Made by a program: the position numbers and the translations under genes | Source: Mobula hypostoma | Taxonomy: Eukaryota | Length of the DNA stretch: 64,000 bases | Direction: 5' to 3' | Assembly (NCBI RefSeq): GCF_963921235.1 | Contig: NC_086097.1 | Coordinates: 134,418,001 to 134,482,000, forward strand | Shown: positions 49,821 to 62,482 of the stretch, one piece after another | Numbering within the stretch: the stretch's first letter is position 1 | How the letters are laid out: the number at the start of each line of letters is the position of its first letter | Notes under the pieces: generated by a model | Database searches by the model: none | What the model was told of the DNA's origin: nothing | Seen by the model: the letters and a program-made list of their open reading frames with translations, nothing else

Positions 49821-50147
49821 GTGAGGCGACACTTCACCTGTGAGTCGGTTGGGGTGATATACTGCATCCAGTGCTCCCGATGTGGCCTTCTATATATTGG
49901 CGAGACCCGATGCAGACCGGGAGATCGTTTCACTGAACACCTACGCTCTGTTCACCAGAGAAAGCAGGATCTCCCAGTGGCCACACATTTTAATTCCACG
50001 TCCCATCCCCATTCTGATATGTCTATCCACGGCCTCCTCTACTGTAAAGATGAAGCCACTCTCAAGTTGGAGGAACAACACCTTATATTCTGTCTGGGTA
50101 GCCTCCAACCTGATGGCATGAACATTGACTTCTCAAACTTCCGCTAA
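49821..50147 (+). pseudogene. GIY-YIG endonuclease domain of the Penelope-like element (domain open, upstream ORF broken)
   Basis: VIY..CxxC..YIGET, R..EH, E and terminal G.N motifs. Confidence 0.88.
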
Positions 50148-50452
50148 TGCCCCACCTCCCCCCATACCCCATCTGTTATTTATTTATATACACACATTCT
50201 TTCTTTCTCTCTCTCTCTCTCTCTCTCCTTTTTCTCCCTCTGTCCCTCTGACTATACCCCTTGCCCATCCTCTGGGTTTTCCCCCCCTCCCCTTTTTCTT
50301 TCTCCCTGGGCCTCCTGTCCTATGATCCTCTCGTATCCCTTTTGCCAATCACCTGTCCAGCTCTTGGCTCCATCCCTCCTCCTCCTGTCTTCTCCTATCA
50401 TTTTGGATCACCCCTCCCCCTCTCAAATCTCTTACTAGCTCTTCTTTCAGTT

Positions 50453-50488
50453 AGTCCTGACGAAGGGTCTCGGCCCGAAACGTCAATT
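50453..50488 (+). ncRNA. Minimal hammerhead motif with weakened helix I
   Basis: AGTC CTGACGA AGGGTCTCGGCCC GAAA CGTC^AATT. Confidence 0.65.
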
Positions 50489-52024
50489 GTACCTCTTCCT
50501 AGAGATGCAGCCTGGCCTGCTGTGTTCACCAGCAACTTTGATCTGTGTTGCTTGAATTTCCAGCATCTGCAGATTTCCTCATGATAGCAGGCTCTGCAGC
50601 TGCTCTACCACCATCTTACACAAAGATAGGAAAACTGCATTCCTAACAGCACAAACAGCACTTCAGGGTAAGTTTTGCCTGTGACAGGACTGGTGACAAA
50701 ATGAGCACTGATTTCTTCAGAACATCCAGTAATACAATCTTCCTGCAACACCAAGTTTCCTGGCTCTTTTCACCCAGTTTCTTCTGTTCGTAAGATAATG
50801 TGAATTTTGGGGAAGAATGTAGCATGACTGAAGTTAGTTTGATCCCACCCAATGACAACCTACTAACCAAGCATCAATGATAAATCAGCCTTAAAAACAG
50901 AAACCAGCACATGCCAACTACGCAACTAAGGTTTAAAGAGGCATCAATATTTCCCAGGCCTGGAATATCACCTCAAGGTTGGACACATCAGAGATTAGAC
51001 TAGCTGAAAACTAACAAAGCTCATCAGAGACACAAATTGGTTAATCAGCATCTAGACTTGATTCTGCAATCAACGTGCCATGAAATGAATGCACTAACCT
51101 CTATGCCACAAGCTAATTTATGTTGAAGATGCATTTTTATATAAAAAATTGTCGCACAAGCTCCATTTGTGACATTTATTTTACTGCCATGTTTTTAAAA
51201 AGGAACAATACCCAGTAAATGGAGGACAATCTATTTTAGAATCAGTATAAGCCCTTCAGTTAAAATTAATTTAAAAAAAATCTATGATTAACTCTTGTAT
51301 TATACTGTATGAGTTCAACCTCAAAACTGTGTGCTGGAACAATCAAAATGAAAAATGTTTCTTTAGGCCTGCTGTGACATTTGTTTCTGAAATATTCACA
51401 TTGTTGCCTTCATTTATTTTAACTGACAGCATTTTATTTACTCAAAGCAACTATGGGTGGTGTACTATAATTGGATATTGATATCTCATATTGATACAGG
51501 CCACCAATAAATTGCATGGCAACAACTTCAAATATCAGTTGCCATCTACAATGCTAAAAAATGAAATAGTATAAGTGCTTGATATCAGAAGCACATAGTG
51601 TGACCAAGAAACAGTTCCTCTAAATTTTACATTAAGAACCACAGAACTATAACACCATTTTCTAAGTTAATATGTAAAATCACTTTTTACACAGTTTTTT
51701 TATCTACGCCAGACTTTTTATTAATGAAAATTTTAAAAAGCATAAATGCTTCAAGCAAGCTCTGAATGCTGCAATAATTGCATGCAAACAACATATCGGA
51801 AAGATCTTACAGAGAATCATTCTAACCAGGTACTTAGGAGTTTAATAATTAGATTTTGCTTGGTAGTTGCTGGCAGTTCTATTGGGAATTCCCCTCATTC
51901 AAACCCGAAAATACCAGCAAGTTCAGAGCTTGGGCAAGTCGTTACCAAATCCTGGGAGTCGCAAATTTGCGAATAAATGCCATATAGCCAGCAAAATCTG
52001 CCTATTGGCAATGCTCTTGAACTC

Positions 52025-52410
52025 TGCTTACCTAATTACCGCCCATTATGGCACTGGCACTTAGGGCCGCAATGAAGGTTCTCCATCTCTGTCTGTCCTT
52101 GTCAGAGCTTCCCTTTGGTTTGCACTACTGTTAGCCTTGTAAATTCCAGGTGGAGGTGGAGGCTCAGGAATACCGTCACACACCGATGTAGAAGGATTCT
52201 TCGTTGCTGTTTCCATAACAGTTTTGTTTGACCAGCCACAGTTGAAGCCCTGAGCTGAACCCCTGAACCAGAAGGACCATTGGACCACTCTTAGTCTGGC
52301 CTCTACTCTTTAACCTGCATGGTGACCCTACAAAGAGCCAAAGCATAAGGCTCTGACTCCAACCAGCATAGCCCTCCGGGTCATTGAAGTTGTGCTCCTC
52401 TTGAAAGTCT
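52025..52410 (-). mobile_element. Probable non-autonomous RTE-related retroelement
   Basis: tagggccgcaatgaaggttctccatctc end and gccctgagctgaacccctgaacc..gaaggacca motif resemble RTE-type termini; no ORF. Confidence 0.4.
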
Positions 52411-52494
52411 TGAACTCTGCATAGGGTGCAAATTTCTGAGGCACCGCAGCACTTATATTGGGGAATCTCTACAAGCATCTACATGAGGTGAAGC

Positions 52495-53552
52495 TGCTGC
52501 TTATTGGTTACAGATCAGAATTCAACACCATCATCTTCACAGTACAACCTTCAAAACCTGGCCCTCTATACCTCTCTTTGCAACTGGATCCTTGAGTTCC
52601 TTATCAGGAGACTAGAGTCAGAATGATTTAAAATAACATCTCTTCCTCGCTGACAATCAACACAGTGCACCTCAAGGATACATGCTTCGTCCACTGCCAC
52701 ACTCTCTCTACACCCATGACTGTGGCTAGGCACAGCTCAAAGGTCATCAATAAATTTCCGAATGACAGAACTGGTGTAGACAGAATCTCATATGGTGATG
52801 AAGAAGCATACAGAGGTGAGACAATTTGACTGGCTGAATGGCCTCACAACAACCTTTCATGCAAGAAACACCAAGGGATTGATTGAGGACTTTGGGAAGG
52901 GGAAGTCAGGGAACACACATCAGTCCTCCTTGAGGGATCAGCAGTGCAAAAGATGAGCTGCTTCAAGCTCCTGGGTGCCAACCTCTTCCTGGTAACCCAA
53001 CATTTTGATACAAATATGAAGAAGGCGCACCAGCAGCTATATTTAATTAGAAGTTTGAGAAGATTTGGCTTGTACCTAAAGAACCTAGCAAATTTCTACA
53101 GATGTACCATGGAAAGTATTCTGACTTATTAACTCAACAGGAGGCGCCAATGCAGAGGATCAGAAAAAGCTGCAGATCTTTGTGAACTCAGCCAGGTCCA
53201 TCATGGGCACTAGGCTCCATACCATCAAAGATATCTTGAAATGGTGACACCTCAAGAAAGCAGCATCCATCATTAAGGACCTCATCATCCAGGACATGCC
53301 CTCTTCTCATTACTACTTCAGAAAAGAGTTACAGGACACAAATGTAACACTTTAGGAACACCTTCCACTCTCTCTGAATGGTTCAGGAACCCATGAACAC
53401 TACCTTACTTCATTGCTCTCTTTTTGCATTACTTATTTTTAAAATGTATTTGTTATTGTAACATAGTATTTTATGTATTTCATTGTACTACTGCCACAAA
53501 ACAGCAAATTTCATGACCTATGTCAGTGACAATAAACCAGATTCTGATTCTC
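52495..53552 (+). mobile_element. Rex1/Babar LINE RT and 3' fragment
   Basis: KKAHQQLYLIRSLRRFGL..NLANFYRCTMESILT; tail aataaaccagattctgattc; same family as 1-1387. Confidence 0.8.
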
Positions 53553-54591
53553 AACTCATTTACTTCACAGGAGACTGGAGAGCTGTATTTTTAGTAATGC
53601 ATTTTTCTTAATTATATACAGCTAATTCAAACTATTTTGTTACGTTTCTAAATAACAACTTTTAAGAAGCATTTTCCTCATTTTAAATGCAGATTGAAAC
53701 TCTCTAGTCTGACATTCTTGGGACGACACTGATGTCTGGTCACTGAAAACCACTGCCATAGAAATTGCCCCTGATCATCATTCTCTGAGCAGGGAAATCA
53801 TTCTTTTTAGGTATAGCCATTGAAAGTCAAGTCAATTGTCACCTGCGCAAGTGCAATGAAAAACCTCTGTTGTCAATGATCCTCACCATCAGGACTATGC
53901 CATCTTGTTGTAGCTACCATTAGGCAAGAGAAACAGAAGCTTTAAGTCCCAATGCCATCAAAATCAGTTACAAACCTTCAACCAATGAGTTCTTGAACTA
54001 ATCTGCACGACCTTAATCACAACCTTAGAACAGCAACATTATAACCACTTTGCATTAAGTCACACAAGGATTCTGAAGTCAGAAGCACTGTCAGCTGAGC
54101 TCCCCAAAGTTGTATTGGTAGGTTAATTAGCTACAGATTAGTACAGATCTTAGTTAATTATAAATCTCAGAATTAGTTAATTAGTACAAATCTACGCTTC
54201 AGATCCAAAACATGCCAGACCACACAAGTTGCCAGACGATGAAATGCTGGACCAGAGTTTCAACCAGTAGCTTTAAATGTTGCTGAATTCTGACAGCTTT
54301 GAGAAGAGCTCCACCATGAGTTGAAGATAATTTCAGTCATTTCATGGGAAAGCTTGTCCATGTGACCCACTTGCATGTCTGAAGGCTCAGGCACCATACA
54401 GATAATCATATCCAGAGTACTCCAGGCCAGCAAGTTTGGCCTCCAGGTTCAGCCAAGTCAGTGCAATGCAATGTGAAATCAAAACACTGTCCGAGTGGTG
54501 AGACAACAGATAGGGGCCTATTTTTAAGACTGTAGACCTTGGAATACCACAAGTTCTTTTATAGCTCCGTAAATCTTCATTAATCAATATA

Positions 54592-55139
54592 CACTCAGTG
54601 GCCAGATTTTTCTTTTAGGTACACCTGTACACCTGCTTGTTAATACAAACATCCAATCAGCCAATCATGTGGCAGCAATTCAATCTATAAAAGCATGCAA
54701 ACATGGTCAAGAACTTTGGTTGTTGTTCAGACCAAACATCAGAACAGGAAATAAATGTGATCTAAGTGACTTTCATGATGGAATGATTGTTGGAGCCAGA
54801 CAGGGTGGTATAGCATCTTAGAACTGCTGATATCCTGGGATTGTCATGCACTAGTCTCTTAAGTTTACGGATAGTGGCGTGAAAAAAATCCAATGAATAG
54901 CAGTTCTGTGAGCAAAACATCTTCTTGATGAGACAGGTTAAAGGAGAATTGCCAGATTGGTTCAAGCTGACAGGAACTCAATAACCATGTGTTAAAACAG
55001 TTTTGTGCAGGAGCACCTCTGAACGCACAGCATGCCGAACCTTGAAGTGGATGGGCTACAGCAGCAGAAGACCATGAACATACTCTCAGTAGCCACTTTA
55101 TTAGGTAAAGGAGGTAACTAATAAAGTGCCCACTGAGTG
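54592..55139 (+). mobile_element. Tc1-like non-autonomous DNA transposon with a third, internal TIR
   Basis: TA|CACTCAGTGGCCA ... TGCCCACTGAGTG|TA; interior reads DLSDFHDGMIVGARQGG...TADILG (Tc1 N-terminal HTH); extra left-type TIR at about 55083. Confidence 0.8.
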
Positions 55140-56572
55140 TAGAACACTGCTTTTTTTTTAAATATAAATTCTATATTTGAAATATATACAATGGAGATAA
55201 AAACACAACAGCTTCACTGCGAGCTCTGAGTGGACTAAATTATAATAATATCAAGGCCATCTTTCTGGAAGTTCTTTCACAAGCATATGAGAATAATAAA
55301 TCGTATTGTGCAGTGTTTTTATTTTACATTGTGGGATTTAATATTTTTGCTTGCCCTCTTCCTCCTCATCTCAGAGGCATAGGGCCACAATCTTAAGTCA
55401 GCCAGAGCCATCTGAGATCTTAAATATCCATTTATCATCCTTGTGCCTGGCTGAAGGCTATTTCGCTCCAGAAGAAATCACAGTCAAGATTAGTCAAATG
55501 CTCATCTGACACCTGTTGTGCACTAAATTTGCAGGGTTTCTTCACTGGGTTGCAAATCCATCCACCCATTGTTCAACCAGGGTCACCAAAATTGCTTACA
55601 GAAGAGCTCTGTTAATTCAACAGAGACCTAATTATTTGGTAGTGAAGACTTGAACCCACTACTTTTTAAACTCAGACTAAGCCAATACTTAAAAGACTGA
55701 GATATGTGAACAAGAATAAGTGACTGAATTTAAAACATGTCCACACACTTTATGTGCATCTGCAGACAAACTGTAGGCAGACTGAATGGAAGCAGCTCAT
55801 TATGAATAATTAATGATGGACAAACCCAGGAGAATCTGTTGGAGACACAAGAGACCACAGATAATGGAATCTAGAGCAATTCACAATCTGTTGGAGAAAC
55901 TCAGTGGGTCAAGCAGCATTAATAGGAGGAAAGAATTTTTCTATCTTTCAGGTTGAATGAAACCCTGCATTAAGCTTGAAAGTGGAGAGGCGAAATAGCC
56001 AGCATAGAGAGGAGAAGGGGAGTAGCAATACAGGATTATGGGGTGATTGGTGGACTGAGGAGGGATGTAAGATGACAGGCAGATAGTGCTAGGCAGGGAA
56101 GGTGAGCGGGGTGGAGTTGGGAGACTGTGGCAGGTGAATGATAGATGGAAGCAGAAGAAGAGTGGAGAAAGGAAAAACAACAGAGCCTTCCTTGCTCAGC
56201 ATTGGTCTGGTCCTAAAATCAGCTAGAACACGACATCTCTTATTTGCTTTTTATTTGGGTTATTGAGAAAGCAAATAATGTTAGGTGTGACTCTCCCCAA
56301 TAGAAACATCATAGCTCCAAATTAATATTATGGGTAACAAGTCTGTCTTTGGTCATTACTCTTAAATGCTTACAAGAAAACTGGCTTCTAGTTACATTCT
56401 CTTCCTGACATACTATTCGATCAAAGTGAATGGTTCCAAAGTCAGTGTATTAGGAAGAGGTGTTATTGCCCCTATTTAAATCTAATAACCAGAGATAACT
56501 TTCTCTTCCTAATATTTTAAATCATTCTCTTTAGATTGTAAATGCTACCAGATAAACAAAACAGAAGTACAT

Positions 56573-57465
56573 TAGAAACACAGAAATCTGCAGCACATTA
56601 CAGGCCCTTCAGCTGACAATGTTGTGCCGATCATGTAACCTGCTCTAGAAACCACTAGGATTTCCCTAACGCATTGCCCTCTATTTTTCTAAGCTCCATG
56701 TATCTATCTAAGAGTCTCTTAAAAGACCCTATTGTATCCACCTCTACCACCGTCACTGGCAGTGCATTCCACGCACCCACCGCTCTCTGTGTGAAAAATT
56801 TACCTCTGACATCCCCCTTGTACCTACTTCCAAGCATCTTAAAACTACACCTCCTCATGTTAGCTATTTCGGCCCTGGGAAAAAGCCTCTGACTATCGAT
56901 ACGATCAATGCCTCTCATCATCTTATACACCTCTATCAGGTCACCTCTCATCCTCCGTCGCTCCAAGGAAAAAAGACCAAGTCCACTCAATCTATTCTCA
57001 TAAGGCATGCTTTCCAATCCAGGTAACATCCATGTAAATCTCCTCTGCACTCTCTCTATAGTATCCAGATCCTTCCTATAATGAGGTGACCAAAACTGAA
57101 CACAATTCTCGAAGTGGGGTCTAACTCAGGTCTTATATAGCTTTAACATCACCTCACGGCTCTTAAACTCAATCCCACAGTTAATGAAGGCCAACACACC
57201 ATATGCTTTCTTACCAACACTGTCAACCTGTGCAGCAGCTTTGAGTGTCCTATGGACACTGACTCTAAGATCTCGCTGATCCTCCACACTGCCAAGAGTC
57301 TTACCACTAATATTATATTCTGCCTTTAAATTTGACCAACTGAAATGAACCACTTCATACTTATCTGGGTTGAACTCCATCTGCCAATTCTCAGCCCAGT
57401 TCTGCAGCCTATCGATGTCATGCTGTAACCTCTGATAACTCTCCAGACTATCCACAAGTCCAACT
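56573..57465 (-). mobile_element. CR1 LINE 3' fragment
   Basis: DDTKVG, WAENWQMEFNPDK, RDLRV, KKAYGVLAFI, QRRFTWMLPGL, LERRRMRGDLIEVYK, FFTQR in ORFs 57126-57578 and 56655-57050. Confidence 0.9.
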
Positions 57466-57700
57466 TTTGTGTCATCAACATTCTGTTGTGCCTTGATGCA
57501 AGGTGGGAAAGGAGTGACTTTGAGCTTGTCAAGTGCTGTGAAACCAGAAAAAGGGACTCCACATTCCATTTTATTCATTCATTTTTATTCCAATTTGAGA
57601 CAGCAGGGAGAGATGTAATCCAAGCCGGTATCTCACATTGTGGTCCATCACACAAAGTTAGAATGCTTATTGCTGCTCATGATTTGTAATTCAGGAAATA

Positions 57701-57768
57701 CACTACTGTACAAAAGTCTTAGGCACATATATATAACTAGGGTACCTTTAGAATTTCGCACAGTACTG
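57701..57768. mobile_element. About 68-bp Tc1/mariner-type MITE, essentially two TIRs
   Basis: TA|CACTACTGTACAAAAGTCTTAGGCAC...GCACAGTACTG|TA. Confidence 0.7.
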
Positions 57769-58152
57769 TATTTATCAATGTGGAACAGAAAGTAAGTTTG
57801 TAAATCTGCTGTGAGCAAAGGATGTTGGGAATGGTAAGGGTAGAGGGCCATGGGAGGTGTGTGGGACAGATGAAAGAAGAGTGCCAGGGGTAGGGGATGG
57901 CACGGATGCAGACACACGCAGCCCTGAGACACCAGACAAGGTCATTTGATTCCAAATGACTGGTTTATTGATCATTACAGAGTGAATCTCTGATGCTCCC
58001 CACTCCCTGCTCTCTCTCTTGCCCTTTTCCCAACTATGATTCCACTCTCCCTGACCCCTTCCCACTCTCAGTCATAATAGAGCCCCATATCCAAATCAGA
58101 TTTATCATCACTCACATATGTCATGAGTACAGTGCAATACATACAATTACTA

Positions 58153-58221
58153 CAGCATTGTGCAAAAGTCTTAGGCACCCTAGCTACATATATATGTGCC
58201 CAAGACTTATGCACAGTACTG
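58153..58221. mobile_element. Second copy of the same MITE, opposite orientation
   Basis: TA|CAGCATTGTGCAAAAGTCTTAGGCAC...GTGCCCAAGACTTATGCACAGTACTG; spacer inverted relative to 57701-57768. Confidence 0.7.
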
Positions 58222-58729
58222 CATCTCCTGGTGCCTCTGGATACAATATCCAGTTTCTCCCTCCATAGTCTACTTAAGTACAGCATGATATACACAGGAG
58301 ATGTCACATGAAAAAAAAGTGCCGGCTGATTGCTTTATCCCACTGGCGTTTTTTCAATGCAGTTCACACAGATTTTGACTAGATGAATTTTGACAAATAG
58401 AAGACATGAGCTTCTAACCCTAACGGAGTTACAGCCTATGACAGGAAGATTTTGACTTGATCAATCACTCAAAATGAAGTGAAAGATAAAGTTGTAAAAT
58501 TTCAGAGTTATGGTCTCAAACCCTTTAACAATGCAACCATACATAACATGGGACAGTAAGGTACAATGCATATCATACAGCAATGGGAAAACATGCAAAA
58601 CTACTCGCATTTCAGTAGTCATGAGGTCAGATAAAATTTTGTTAGCTGCACCCTTACAACAAGTTTTATTCATTCATCACCCCTCTGCTTATTGACCTAT
58701 AGTGCTTCAAACCTAGCACTATGATTTTA

Positions 58730-58828
58730 CGAGTCCTGACGAAGGGTCTCGGTCCGAAACGTCAACTGTACCTCTTCCTGGAGATGCTGCCTGACCTGCT
58801 GTGTTCACCAGCAACTTCAATGTGTGTT
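58730..58828 (+). mobile_element. 99-bp Penelope-derived insert: hammerhead motif plus short 3' tail
   Basis: Perfect 12-bp TSD ACTATGATTTTA (58718-58729, 58829-58840); AGTC CTGACGA AGGGTCTCGGTCC GAAA CGTC^AACT at 58732-58767. Confidence 0.87.
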
Positions 58829-58844
58829 ACTATGATTTTAAAGT

Positions 58845-59110
58845 GGGGCCACACAGTATTATACTGTTAGCATAATGCTAATACAGCACCAGCAACATGG
58901 GCTCATTTCCCACTGTTGTCTGACTGGAGTTTGTACATTCTCTCAATGACCGCATGGGTTTCCTCTGGATGCTCCAGATTCCTCTCACATCCCAATGACG
59001 TATAGGTCAGTAGGTCACTTGGTCACATGGATGGAATTGGGCAGGGCGGGCTCATTGGGCCAGAAGGATGTGTTATCACGCTGTATCTCTAAATAACAAT
59101 AAAAATAAAG
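58845..59110 (+). mobile_element. V-SINE/HE1-like tRNA-derived SINE
   Basis: Central ggagtttgtacattctc..catgggtttcctctggatgctccagattcctctcacatccca resembles the V-domain; A-rich tail. Confidence 0.7.
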
Positions 59111-62100
59111 TTCTAAATTGTCTTCACTTCCCTCCATGGTTCACTCAATTCTATATTATCCCAAGACCTCTGTGCTCTGCATTTCTGACCTCATCAGCAG
59201 CCCTGATATCAATTGTCAGCCCTAATTCCCTTTGTAAATACCTTTGCCTTTCCTTCCACCTTTAAGAATACCCTTAAAACCCATCTCACCTGATCTAACA
59301 TTGAACATACTCTGGAGGGAAGTTTTTATATGTGAAAGCACTACATAAATACAAGTTTTGTATAGCAGATGAACTAGGCTAGAGAATTGGGGATGATATC
59401 ATTCAAAAAAATAGTTGCAGAATAGCCTTGCTAACATTATCCAAATGCCTTCCAACACAGCCACCTATCTGCACTCTGCTTTTCTACATTGAAGCTTCTC
59501 ATCAGGAAGAACAGATTATTCTTCAAAGGGGGAAGGGTGGGGTCAATACAGCCCCAATGCCTCAATGTGATTACAATCGTAAAACATGTCAAGGAACCCA
59601 GCCAGGAGCATCAATTATATCACATGAAGTTAAGCAGTGGGCACAGGAGCTTCAGTGTATGCAGAACTGAGCATAACGTCTCAATGATGGAACGTAATTT
59701 AAATATTTCTTTTAAACAAGTCAAGGCAAATAAAAAATTGTAACGGCCTCCATACAACATAACTGGCCTTTAGGAAATCTTACAATTAAAACAGAGAATG
59801 ACTTCAAATTGAGAAAAACAAACCCTTCCTTTTTTGAACACAATACATGTCTGCACCTAAAAGTACTTTCTCTCCTATCCAGAGTGTTTCACCCCATTGG
59901 GTTAATTTATCTTGAACTTGTCCACTTACTGAAATAAAAGACCAGAACTTAAGGTTAGGTTTGAAATGGCATTGGTCTATTTTAAATCACCGTGGTTCAT
60001 GCAGAAAGAAGTTTTTACTTAATTTCATTTCATTGTAGAAGATGGGATGGAATAAAAAGACACAGAATGAGAGGCAAGCTAGTTGTAGAATAAGTGTAGC
60101 ACCAAATTTCAGACATCATTTAAAAATATGAGGGCTTTAGCTTTTATCCAATTAACTTGTGCCTTCTTTCAAATTAAAAAAGAAACACTATATAATTTAG
60201 CCCATGGTTGTTCAGTAATTTGCTTTTGTGGTGTGTAAGCTAAGACAGGGTAGCAGCTCCAGCCTCTTGTTCTTCCTTTCTTATTACTGACTAATAATTC
60301 AATGATTACCTTAGATCACACGCTATTCATAAATCAGGACCTGACATATGATGAAAAATTGTATTAATATATGAAACTTATTATATAGTCCAAAATGCTC
60401 TCTTGATAAATTACATTGTTCAGGCTTGACAATGATTGCATTTAAGATGTTATTTCTGTTTGTAGTTTTATAGACTCAAATATTCTTCACAAAAAAAATC
60501 AAGTACTGTGCTGGGTTCCTGAGTCAGAGGGCACAGTTTGCAAATGACAAAACGCACAGCCTTGGCCAATGGTGGCAACCTGGGACCACAACAAGAAAAA
60601 GAGGATTGATGCACTGAAAAGCTGCCTCTGCAGTATTTCCGTGTGTGGGTTTGATAAACAACATAATCTTGGTTCCAATGATCTTAACAGGCTATGTTCC
60701 TCTACCATACATTGCCACAACTTCAAATAATATGCTTTTCTAACAGCAGAAAACTAAATTGCAAATCTCATGTATGACATTTAATATAAAGAGGTTTTAA
60801 GTTGTTTTAACATAATGTGCATGCTTATCCAGACTTAGTTGAAAGAGTTATTGAGGATTATATGGTATTATTTTCATTATCATGTTAATAGCTAACTCCA
60901 GCATTGGCCAAATATTGATAGGAAGCAAAATTTACCTTAATATTCTACACACAATTCCGATAAAAAGTAAAGCAAACATTTCATCGTCATTCAGCACAAT
61001 TTGAATAGAAGACATGAGGATGTTTTCCACATCCTCATTCCTTTATATTTTTTAAAATAACTCTGATCAAGATTTTAGTTAACTAGCTTAATGTTCCTTT
61101 CTGCTCCTCAATGTGACATTTTATTTGATAGGCACTGTTCGGTACTTTGGACATTTTGCTATATTAAGAACATTATTAAAAAGGCTTGCTCTTATTGGAG
61201 GCCAGTCCAAAATGGCCCATTTCAATATCATCACTCCTGCAAATTGATTGAGGTTGCAATACTTTCGTTAAGGAAACCAGAACTAACCTTTGGACTGCAA
61301 CTTAATCACATCCATCAAAGTACAAAAGCTTACAGCTAACTTTGTTTCTGTGTTTCCCCGAGGAATATAGACCTTTTCACAAAGAAGTGGGGGGGGGGGG
61401 GGAGAAGCGTAAATGCAAAAAAATAGGTAGGAGGTAATTTACCACAGGATGAACTTGTGAACTTTACAGCAAAACAGAGCAGTACCAGTGGAGAGTAGAC
61501 ACAGAGAGTAGTCTCTTGCTTCAGAAACAAAACATGGCATAAGAGACTTTAAAAATACAGGGAACAGCACAAAAATATATTAACTGCTCTGATTCCTCCC
61601 TGTTGCTGAACAAAAGCATCAGCACAGTAAACCTGCATCAATGGATTATTACAGAAAATTAGGCTGACATCTGGAAACAATTTGACCACCCTGTACAGCT
61701 TTTTCTAATACTTTATTAGTTGAGTTAGCAAATAGTGCATGGAACTCATCCCCATACCCCACAATCATTTGATTGCACAGCATCACACAGGAATTCAGTT
61801 AATAGATATGTTGATACTGAAATGTCTTTTAGGAGCAATTCGTAGAAACCGACTTGGTGAAAGCTGATTTATCCTTCTTGACAGCCTTGCAATAAAGGAG
61901 GGGAAGTTGTTTTCTTTGATATTTACCATAATTATTTTAAATATTCAAAGAGTCATTTTTGCTTCCAAAAGATTAACCTATCAGAATGCAGCCTTTGCTA
62001 TTAACATCGTAATTATTATAAATAATACCTTGTCTAAAACTTGCAACACAATTGGCTTCAGCTAAAACACCTATACATGCTAAAATGCTTCAGCTTAAAT

Positions 62101-62119
62101 TAGACAGTATATTAAGTGA

Positions 62120-62482
62120 AGGGGTGACAGGTGGAGATATGTCTCTACCAAAGGTGTAAGGTGCTCCATCCCTCCACTGTCTTGCAGGTTATCCATGGGT
62201 GAGGTGTAGCACCTGCTTAGACCCCCAATTAGGGTCATGTGAAGCCATAGGAGCAGGTGGTGGACGGTAGCTGATGCACATCACAAGTCCTGGTTATGCG
62301 ACCACTGACGCCATGCAGACATTCTCTGAAGAGTATTGATAATGTCTGGTGACACCCATCTTCTAAAGACGCTAGCCAGAAAAGGGCAATGGCAAACCAC
62401 TTCTGTAAAAAAATTGGCCAAGAACAATCATGGTCATAGGCCATGATTGCCCATGCCCATTTCATGATGGTGACAATGATAT
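62120..62482 (+). mobile_element. Non-autonomous RTE-related retroelement
   Basis: gcgaccactg, GGCAATGGCAAACCACTTCTG..GCCAAGAA motif shared with the SINE at 31337-31593; (TGA)-like tail. Confidence 0.55.

Larger units (their letters stand above)
49118..50582 (+). mobile_element. Penelope-like element, 5'-truncated (RT C-terminus/thumb, GIY-YIG endonuclease, terminal repeat)
   Basis: AELVDFINFASNFHPALKFTWSIS, DVYYKPTDSHSYLDY, PLVLTYHP; ORF 49821-50147 FTCESVGVIYCIQCSRCGLLYIGET..RFTEHL..VATHFN..EEQHLIF.LGSLQPDGMN; several frameshifts. Confidence 0.93.
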
